Below, one piece after another: positions 25,654-31,651 of a DNA stretch of 31,651 nucleotides (positions within the stretch are counted from its first letter, which is position 1; each line of letters starts with the position of its first letter). A model generated the notes under the pieces. It worked only from the letters and a program-made list of their open reading frames with translations, was not told where the DNA came from and made no database searches. The stretch is from a virus (taxonomy: Duplodnaviria; Caudoviricetes). The stretch covers positions 1 to 31,651 of IMG/VR virus record IMGVR_UViG_3300027863_000120. One strand, 5' to 3'. A program made the translations under genes and the position numbers.

Positions 25654-25828
25654 AGAACAGCGGAAAATCAAGGTACACATCAAGCGTACACTGACTAAGT
25701 TTGCTGGTGAGTATTCGCCAGACAAACAACCGATAGAAGTAACTACAGAAGAATTTGACGAGGAGATAGACGATGGGACTTACGAATGCCTTCAGAGACT
25801 TAGTGGTGAGTGCGGTCTACGGGAATAG
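25646..25828 (+). CDS. small hypothetical protein
   Basis: Overlaps both neighbours; LTKFAGE...PIEV. Confidence 0.5.
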   Translation: MPEEQRKIKVHIKRTLTKFAGEYSPDKQPIEVTTEEFDEEIDDGTYECLQRLSGECGLRE

Positions 25829-26150
25829 CATCACGCCATACAATAATGCCAATAGCTATATCGGAGTAGGCGACAGTAGCACTGCATTCGCGGCGACGCA
25901 AACCGACTTACAGGCTTCGACCAACAAACTGCGCAAGGCCATGGATACCTCGTATCCTACAATCTCGCAGAACGTGCTGACATTCCGGTCGACCTTCGGC
26001 ACTGGAGACGCCAATTGGGCATGGAACGAGTGGGGTGTGTTCAACGCCTCGAGCGGCGGAACCATGTTGAACCGCAAAGTGGAGAGTTTAGGCACAAAGA
26101 CTTCGGCCCAAAGTTGGCAGATTACCGTGACGATAACGCTCTCTGTATAA
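25773..26150 (+). CDS. tail-fibre N-terminal/collar-like (DUF3751-like) stand-alone protein
   Basis: YIGVGDSSTA..TQTDLQ, ANWAWNEWGVFNASSGGTMLNR, QITVTITLS; SD GAGGAG. Confidence 0.75.
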   Translation: MGLTNAFRDLVVSAVYGNSITPYNNANSYIGVGDSSTAFAATQTDLQASTNKLRKAMDTSYPTISQNVLTFRSTFGTGDANWAWNEWGVFNASSGGTMLNRKVESLGTKTSAQSWQITVTITLSV

Positions 26151-26164
26151 GTGCTTAAACTAAC

Positions 26165-26449
26165 ATGAAGGTCGAAGTCAAATTCGCATGGATCGACCAA
26201 CGCGAAAATTATACTCGCGCTCTGGTGCGGCTATATTTGCTCGATGATAGCCTAGTCACCGCAGCTTCCGGGGCCGCAACAGATGCGTCCATGTCTTATA
26301 CTGTTCCGCCTGGCGCACGCACTTTGATTGCGGAAAAAATGCTGGAACAATTCAAGCCACTCGACCGCAACGAGATCAATATGCTAGCTACCGCCTTAGC
26401 CTCTAGAGAAGCGCTGAAGAGAGCACTCGATGTCATCCCAGCGATGTGA
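26165..26449 (+). CDS. hypothetical protein
   Basis: 94-aa ORF continuing the operon. Confidence 0.6.
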   Translation: MKVEVKFAWIDQRENYTRALVRLYLLDDSLVTAASGAATDASMSYTVPPGARTLIAEKMLEQFKPLDRNEINMLATALASREALKRALDVIPAM

Positions 26450-28004
26450 GCATTGGAGAGCGTTTGACGAGGAATGGTTTCGCCGGCATCAAGCGCTACT
26501 CCTGCGACTGCTGAATGGACCATTCCGGCGCATTCTGCGGTCGCTGCTGCGCATAGATGACGATAGAAATATCATTTCCATCGGCCCGAACCGCTACGTT
26601 GTTCCCACCGGCAAGCTTGAGGCACAAGCTACTTTTTACACGCACTGGAAATTTTCAAAGCGTGTGTATTTTTCCCTCAGGCCGCTATGGTGGCTCTTAC
26701 ATGGATGGGATTGTCTAATCCCAAATAGATTCCGTCCAGCACTGGGATTCGGTTTTGATACTCTGACCTGCTATCCAGACCCGGATCCGGAGACGACGAC
26801 GGTAGACGGGGAGATACGCCGCAGCGGTGTTGACGAGACGTTCAGCACAATAAGGCAAGGACAGGGGACTTACGCAGATGACTCTGGCGCCGGCCTTGAT
26901 CTTTATCTTACTGCTTCGTCCAGCCAAAATCAGTTCTCCGACCTGTGCAGGAGCATCTTCCTTTTCGATACATCAGCCCTCGGCAGTAGCGTTACTATCT
27001 CTTCAGCAACGTTGTCTTTGTATATATATAGTAAGTACAATAATCTGGGCTCTACCTCTCTCGAAATTGTAACGAGCAATCCCGCGTCGAACACAGCACT
27101 TTCGTCCTCTGACTTCCAATGTCTAGGGTCAACCTCGCTTGGATCTATCGCCTATGATTCCATCTCAACTGGCTGTTATAATGCCATTACCCTAAACGGG
27201 GATGGCATAGCTAACATAAATAAAGCAGGAGTGAGTAAGTTTGGGGCCCGTTTGGGCTGGGATCAGACGGGTACTTTTCAGGGCACATGGGCAAGCAATG
27301 CTTCGTCCACTTTCGGAATGTACTCTTCCGGCGTGAACGGAACATCCATGGACCCCAAATTGGTTGTCGTTTATACCCCCGCCCCAGTTCAAAAATCGGG
27401 TTCCGATACGGGCAGTTTTTCAAGTGCCGAAGTAACCACAAACGCATTGGCATCAGCGCTTTCTGATTCCGGGAGCTTGTCGGTTTCAGAGGCGGCCAAT
27501 AATCTGCTTGCCATGACGCTGGCAGATTCTGGGGCGCTGAATTCGGCAGAGATAGCAAGCACGGTTGTTCTTGTACTTCTATCGGCCGTTGACTCAGGTC
27601 TGATATCGGCGCAAGAAGCACTGAGCTTAATAACGGCGGTGAACGTCTCGGACTCAGGCGCACTATCAGGGACAGAGAGCAGCGGCAATGCCCTATGGTC
27701 AGCATTGGTCGATGCTGGGGTGCTTTCGGCGTCTGACCTAGCCCAGATTGCCGCGGTTGCAGGCACGGCAGATCTAGGCACACTGTCAGCACAAGAGCTT
27801 GCCGTGGTGTTACAGACGTTGCTGGCGTCTGACTCTGGGACCATTTCGGCCTCCGAGACTGCTGTTGCTATTGCGCTTGCGATACTGGCGGCATCCGATT
27901 CCGGGACTATCTCAGCCGTAGAATCTGCATTATGCCAAATCTATCAACTGCCCCCTCCGACCAAGCCAGGGGTGCGTGTGGTGCCCTGGTTAAGACCGAT
28001 CTAG
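26430..28004 (+). CDS. accessory fibre/adhesin with DNRLRE-like carbohydrate-binding domain and C-terminal ~20-aa repeats
   Basis: RSIFLFDTSALG..ISSATLSLY...PKLVVVY; nine D[ST]GxLSxxE-type repeats. Confidence 0.75.
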   Translation: MSSQRCEHWRAFDEEWFRRHQALLLRLLNGPFRRILRSLLRIDDDRNIISIGPNRYVVPTGKLEAQATFYTHWKFSKRVYFSLRPLWWLLHGWDCLIPNRFRPALGFGFDTLTCYPDPDPETTTVDGEIRRSGVDETFSTIRQGQGTYADDSGAGLDLYLTASSSQNQFSDLCRSIFLFDTSALGSSVTISSATLSLYIYSKYNNLGSTSLEIVTSNPASNTALSSSDFQCLGSTSLGSIAYDSISTGCYNAITLNGDGIANINKAGVSKFGARLGWDQTGTFQGTWASNASSTFGMYSSGVNGTSMDPKLVVVYTPAPVQKSGSDTGSFSSAEVTTNALASALSDSGSLSVSEAANNLLAMTLADSGALNSAEIASTVVLVLLSAVDSGLISAQEALSLITAVNVSDSGALSGTESSGNALWSALVDAGVLSASDLAQIAAVAGTADLGTLSAQELAVVLQTLLASDSGTISASETAVAIALAILAASDSGTISAVESALCQIYQLPPPTKPGVRVVPWLRPI

Positions 28005-28008
28005 GCGA

Positions 28009-28842
28009 ATGACTGACTGGTCAAAAATCGCTCGGGCCCGGATCGCCGCATTTGCGCCCCAAATTATTCATCTGCACGCGGAAAATGATGAGACCAAGCT
28101 AGTCAATGTTGATCTGCGCAAGAGCAAAGCAGATCACATTGAAATCAGCCACCTTACGGACCTGCAATATGGGCATAAAAACTTCATGACTGCGCGGTTC
28201 CTGGCCTACCTGGACTGGATCCTATCATGCGATTATCGTTACGTCATCCTGGGAGGCGACCTTATAGATGCAGCAACAGTGCTGAGTATAGGCTCTCCAT
28301 ATGAGAATACCGGCGAGCCGATTGACCAGGTATCAGGCGTAATTGAGCTATTAAGCCCATTGGCCAAAGATAACCGTCTACTGGGCTACGTTGGAGGAAA
28401 TCACGAGCGAAGGACGATGCGCACGTTCGGAGACGTAGGGCGGCTAATTGCCAAGCAACTCGGAGTTTCATACTCACGAGGCGTGCAACTGCTTGATGTA
28501 TGGTATGGCGATCACAGGCCCTTTCGCATCAGCGTTTGGCATGGAAGCGGAGGCGCACGCACCAAGGGTGCAAAGGCGCAGATGTTACACCGATTTATGG
28601 GACAGGCTGATTCAACATGCTACTTAGTGGGCCACTTACATGACGCAATGGTGCTATTCGATTGGCGTCAGCGCAGACATCGCGGTAAAATCAAGCTCCA
28701 AAAGATCGCCGGAATTATGAGCTCAAGTTTCTTGGCCTACTGGAATAGTTACGCCGAGGCGGCTGCCATGAGTCCGAGCGATACCATGATGGGACGCATC
28801 ATACTTGACCGAAACGGCCACTGGGAGGTAACAATGCGATGA
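28009..28842 (+). CDS. calcineurin-like metallophosphoesterase
   Basis: TDLQYG, GGDLID, GGNHE, WHG, GHLH motifs in canonical order. Confidence 0.9.
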   Translation: MTDWSKIARARIAAFAPQIIHLHAENDETKLVNVDLRKSKADHIEISHLTDLQYGHKNFMTARFLAYLDWILSCDYRYVILGGDLIDAATVLSIGSPYENTGEPIDQVSGVIELLSPLAKDNRLLGYVGGNHERRTMRTFGDVGRLIAKQLGVSYSRGVQLLDVWYGDHRPFRISVWHGSGGARTKGAKAQMLHRFMGQADSTCYLVGHLHDAMVLFDWRQRRHRGKIKLQKIAGIMSSSFLAYWNSYAEAAAMSPSDTMMGRIILDRNGHWEVTMR

Positions 28843-29108
28843 GTGGGAAGCTAAGTAAGTCCTCTCCATGGGAACGCTTCGACGCTGTCCGCCAAAAGGT
28901 GCTGGGGGAGATCAATCCCTACCCTGATCGTTCTTTTACCGCTGCGGAGTACGCAAAGAGGTACGGCCTTGAGTATCCAACTGCTATTCAGCAACTGAGA
29001 GTAATGGTTTCCAAGGGCATACTGGAGACTGGGAGAAAATGGGCCTATGATGCTCGCGGGCACCGCTCGTTGACCAAGTGCTTTTGGCTGCGGGAGGAAG
29101 AGCAATGA
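28839..29108 (+). CDS. small winged-helix-like protein
   Basis: FTAAEYAKRYGLEYPTAIQQLRVMVSKGILE; ATGA coupling. Confidence 0.65.
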   Translation: MSGKLSKSSPWERFDAVRQKVLGEINPYPDRSFTAAEYAKRYGLEYPTAIQQLRVMVSKGILETGRKWAYDARGHRSLTKCFWLREEEQ

Positions 29109-29362
29109 AGATTGCCATTGTGCGATGGAAAGACGCAAACTATCAAGTGGCCGATGGATCAATTACTGACGTGCACGGTCCCATAGAGCTGGAATCCGTA
29201 GGGTGGCTTGCAAAGCAGGATGACGATTCTGTTACCATCGCAATGGAGCTGGACCATGGAGGAGAGCAGGGCCGATTCTGGCTCACAATTCCCCGCATAA
29301 ATATTGTCTCAATACGCACCATTGATCCGTCACGGAACAGAAGAAAGGCGCGGAACGGCTGA
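29105..29362 (+). CDS. small phage protein (VxWxDA...SVGWL motif)
   Basis: IVRWKDA, ESVGWLAKQDDDSVTIA, IPRINI; ATGA coupling at 29105. Confidence 0.7.
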   Translation: MKIAIVRWKDANYQVADGSITDVHGPIELESVGWLAKQDDDSVTIAMELDHGGEQGRFWLTIPRINIVSIRTIDPSRNRRKARNG

Positions 29363-29365
29363 ATT

Positions 29366-29668
29366 TTAAGCGCACGATTCCGGATACTGGCGCTGATGCT
29401 TCCATCGGGCCAGGGCAGCCGCTTTGGCATGAGCACTTCTGGTGCTTTTCGGAATCCGCAAGGCCGCCGCAGATCTTACGGCGGGATCGGAACGCAGGCA
29501 GCCGCACGACCGGACTCTGCCGGACGTCAGGTATGAGCCACGTACTACGACTTTTTTGCCGCACGTGCAGCGGCAAAGCCATAGTGCATGGTGAGATCGC
29601 TGACCCGCCAGCCGGAGTACGGTGAGTCGGGTGAAGACGAGACCGACAAGATTACGCGTTTTGCCCAT
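29366..29668 (-). CDS. Cys-rich domain protein of the type found N-terminal to phage HNH/AP2 proteins, lacking the nuclease
   Basis: NLVGLVFTRLTVL, WLCRCTCG, LTSGRVRSCGC; short basic tail. Confidence 0.8.
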   Translation of the reverse strand: MGKTRNLVGLVFTRLTVLRLAGQRSHHALWLCRCTCGKKVVVRGSYLTSGRVRSCGCLRSDPAVRSAAALRIPKSTRSAHAKAAALARWKHQRQYPESCA

Positions 29669-29894
29669 GCTGCCAGACCTGCCGCATGGCCGCCCGATGG
29701 CTGTGGGCGAAATGCGCTACCTGATATACGGTCGCATCCCAATCGGCGACCGGCACCCATACCCCGGATGCCGTTCGGCTGCTCCAGCGGTACTCGATCG
29801 GGCTGGATGCATCGGCCCAATTGGCGCGGATCTCGAGGCGCAAACCCCGCTGATAATCGTATCGTCTATAGATCGTCAGCTTCTCGCTTGTCAT
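29652..29894 (-). CDS. hypothetical protein (MTSEKLTIYRRYDYQ...)
   Basis: AAGGAGG SD then ATG at 29894. Confidence 0.7.
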   Translation of the reverse strand: MTSEKLTIYRRYDYQRGLRLEIRANWADASSPIEYRWSSRTASGVWVPVADWDATVYQVAHFAHSHRAAMRQVWQHGQNA

Positions 29895-30114
29895 TTTGGT
29901 CCTCCTTTTTCTGCTCCATGTCATCTAATACATTGCGCTTTAAACTGCGCAATGTAAAGTCTGTTCGATAATATCCCGGAGCGGTCGCTACCCATCGCCT
30001 ATAGGGATAACAGTGCGGGTTTGCGGCCCGCTCCAGACGAATAAAACCACCCTGCGGACGGTACAAGACGTACCGTCCAGGGCCTTCTCGACACATCTTA
30101 TACCTTGCGCTCAT
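29866..30114 (-). CDS. hypothetical protein (MSARYKMCREG...), cassette between the repeats
   Basis: ORF lying between the 46-bp repeats; its C-terminus is read from the repeat. Confidence 0.6.
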   Translation of the reverse strand: MSARYKMCREGPGRYVLYRPQGGFIRLERAANPHCYPYRRWVATAPGYYRTDFTLRSLKRNVLDDMEQKKEDQNDKREADDL

Positions 30115-30178
30115 ATCCACCCATCCTTCCACAGATCGTCAGCTTCTCGCTTGTCATTTTGGTCCTCCTTTTTCTGCT
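29870..30178. repeat. perfect 46-bp direct repeat (29870-29915 and 30133-30178) containing SD + ATG + first codons on the minus strand
   Basis: AGATCGTCAGCTTCTCGCTTGTCATTTTGGTCCTCCTTTTTCTGCT at both positions. Confidence 0.97.
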
Positions 30179-30179
30179 T

Positions 30180-30485
30180 TCACTCCGTGAACTGTTCAGC
30201 GAGCGCTTCAAGCTCGGCAGGAAGGTCTTTATCGTTAAGAATCAGCCATTTCAGCGCCTCCTTCTCGCTGACCCATTCAGCGCTTGGCGTGCTCCCTTGC
30301 CACTGACTGGAGTATACGAGATAGTACCGTCCCTTGCGGCTGCGATAGAGTGTCTCATGCGTCCATTGAGACCTCGTGTTCCGGCTGATCCAATTTTGAC
30401 CATTCCAATCTCTGGCTTCTTCCCATGCACGTGTGGCCTTATCTGTATCGACCACAACCCCATCACTCATCCTGTAACGAGCCAT
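30180..30485 (-). CDS. hypothetical phage protein (HETLYRSRKGRYYL motif)
   Basis: SD GAGGAG; aromatic-rich small protein. Confidence 0.75.
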   Translation of the reverse strand: MARYRMSDGVVVDTDKATRAWEEARDWNGQNWISRNTRSQWTHETLYRSRKGRYYLVYSSQWQGSTPSAEWVSEKEALKWLILNDKDLPAELEALAEQFTE

Positions 30486-30958
30486 TGTCGTTTCTCCTCT
30501 TTTGCCTCCATCTCATTAATTGATTGCCATATGGACATCAATTCCTTCCACGTAGTATCTGCGCGGGGACGTAAGCTATACGGCGTAGGGTAAAATAGAT
30601 CCCTACGCGGAACCCCAATCGTACTGGGCGTGATTCGCACTTGACCCAAAAATGGTCCTGTGGTACTACGAATCCAGGCGTCCACGTACATGCCATGTGT
30701 TTCACTCCATCCGCATATGGCATGTACGTAATATCCGTAGCGAGCTATATATCTACATAAGCGACGAGTAAAGCGCGCCATCTGAGCGAACCGCCTGTGC
30801 GCTTCTCGTCGTCCTACCTCGACGGATTGGTGCGCCCGTGCTTTAGGTGCACCGGACAGATTCCAAAGCCCGGAGCACCGGGCATACTTGAAAGGTATCT
30901 GAATTGCCCGATCTATCAGATCCCCCGGCTGAATATCGTCGTATTCTATGACATCCAT
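30467..30958 (-). CDS. hypothetical protein, probably leaderless
   Basis: ATG 30958 lies 6 nt after a -10 hexamer, no SD. Confidence 0.6.
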   Translation of the reverse strand: MDVIEYDDIQPGDLIDRAIQIPFKYARCSGLWNLSGAPKARAHQSVEVGRREAHRRFAQMARFTRRLCRYIARYGYYVHAICGWSETHGMYVDAWIRSTTGPFLGQVRITPSTIGVPRRDLFYPTPYSLRPRADTTWKELMSIWQSINEMEAKEEKRQWLVTG

Positions 30959-30964
30959 GGTCCC

Positions 30965-31014
30965 ATCATGCCACAATATAGACGCGCCGTCAATACTTTT
31001 TGTCGTTTTTTTTT
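30965..31014 (-). promoter_or_regulatory. sigma70-type promoter with UP-like A tracts
   Basis: TTGACG (30993-30988), 17 nt, CATGAT (30970-30965), TG extension, upstream A tracts. Confidence 0.75.
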
Positions 31015-31139
31015 GGACTTTTTCTCCTTTCTTTCCAATGGTTTACCGCCACCCACAACACCAGGAACAAAGTTTTGCAAAAAACGAAACTATTCCGATC
31101 GGCTGCTATCCGATATCCTGGTAGGGCGAGGTATATGAT

Positions 31140-31651
31140 ATGGCGCGTCGCCGGAGGCAGCAGAGGGGATATCTGTATCGGCGTCATGGCTCATGGATCC
31201 TCGAATGGCGCGAGTACCGGGTGGACGGACAGGGGAACAGCATCGCCGTCCGGAAGTGCGCCGCCATCGCACGGTGCGAGGGGCCGAGCGCGATCAAGTC
31301 TGAACAGCAGGTGCGCCGAGAGATAGTCGATCCACTGATGCGCGAGCTTGACCGGCGTGTGCTGCTACCCGAAACACTGATGACTGTACGGGATTTTTGG
31401 AATGAGAGGTTTGGCCGCTATCATCTATGGAAGCTTAAACCTGCTGGGCGGCGACACTATGAATATCTCTGGCGCAAGCTCGACCCAGTTATCGGAGATA
31501 GACGCTTAGCCGATATCACGCCGGATGACGTTGAGCGGGTCTTGGCCCATTTTCACCAGCAGGGCCTCTCCGCGCAGACAGTGACGCACCTGAGGAATGC
31601 GATCTCTGCGATTTTCCGGTGCGCGAAGCGGCTCGGTCTCCATCATAGAGA
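31140..31651 (+). CDS. int: tyrosine integrase, N-terminal part (runs off window; not in ORF track)
   Basis: Hand translation MARRRRQQRGYLYRRHGSWILEWRE...MTVRDFW...PVIGDRRLADITPDDVERVL...GLSAQTVTHLRNAISAIFRCAKRLG (arm-binding + core-binding domains); catalytic domain not visible. Confidence 0.85.
   Translation, partial: MARRRRQQRGYLYRRHGSWILEWREYRVDGQGNSIAVRKCAAIARCEGPSAIKSEQQVRREIVDPLMRELDRRVLLPETLMTVRDFWNERFGRYHLWKLKPAGRRHYEYLWRKLDPVIGDRRLADITPDDVERVLAHFHQQGLSAQTVTHLRNAISAIFRCAKRLGLHHR

Larger units (their letters stand above)
1..31651. mobile_element. temperate lambda-like siphovirus/prophage (partial genome)
   Basis: Complete syntenic head-tail module, no sheath, lysis genes, integrase. 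Confidence 0.95.

Noticed and set aside
24500-28004. Diversity-generating retroelement target in tail/fibre genes
   Set aside because: No reverse transcriptase and no TR/VR pair with adenine-specific mismatches seen in the window
2001-28477. Many antisense and out-of-frame ORFs in the ORF track
   Set aside because: Shadows of well-supported plus-strand genes in GC-rich DNA; no RBS or motifs
29366-29668. HNH homing endonuclease call
   Set aside because: No HNH or AP2 motif in the ORF
29870-30178. 46-bp repeat as CRISPR array or attL/attR
   Set aside because: Only two copies separated by 217 bp of coding DNA; the repeat is an RBS plus start codons
31119-31128. Minus-strand CGCCCTACCA resembling a tRNA 3' end (attP core)
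   Set aside because: No T-loop (TTCGA) or acceptor-stem context upstream; too short to support

Overview
The window is the late (morphogenesis/lysis) half of a temperate lambda-like siphovirus or prophage. In order it carries: a sigma70-region-4 HTH regulator, a cosQ-like packaging site, Nu1-like/GpA terminase, gpW-like adaptor, lambda-type portal, a fused protease-capsid gene, head-tail connectors, tail tube, a G/GT tail chaperone pair with a -1 frameshift, tape measure, a lysis block inserted inside the tail operon, a large fused tail-tip protein and accessory fibre genes. It ends with a leftward operon of small unknown genes and the 5' part of a tyrosine integrase. No sheath gene is seen. 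The host is tentatively Acidobacteriota, inferred from recalled protein resemblance only. The best candidate for an undescribed system is a translationally coupled ParB-like + cobalamin-type radical SAM gene pair wedged between the putative cos site and terS. It has a MazG-like gene just upstream and a metallophosphoesterase elsewhere in the window, suggesting a phage DNA/nucleotide modification pathway. Other notable signals are a bipartite intergenic motif present twice (start of the late region and before the tape measure), an antisense double zinc-ribbon membrane moron, and a 46-bp RBS+start-codon direct repeat that brackets a gene cassette. All family calls are from motif recognition by eye; no searches were run.
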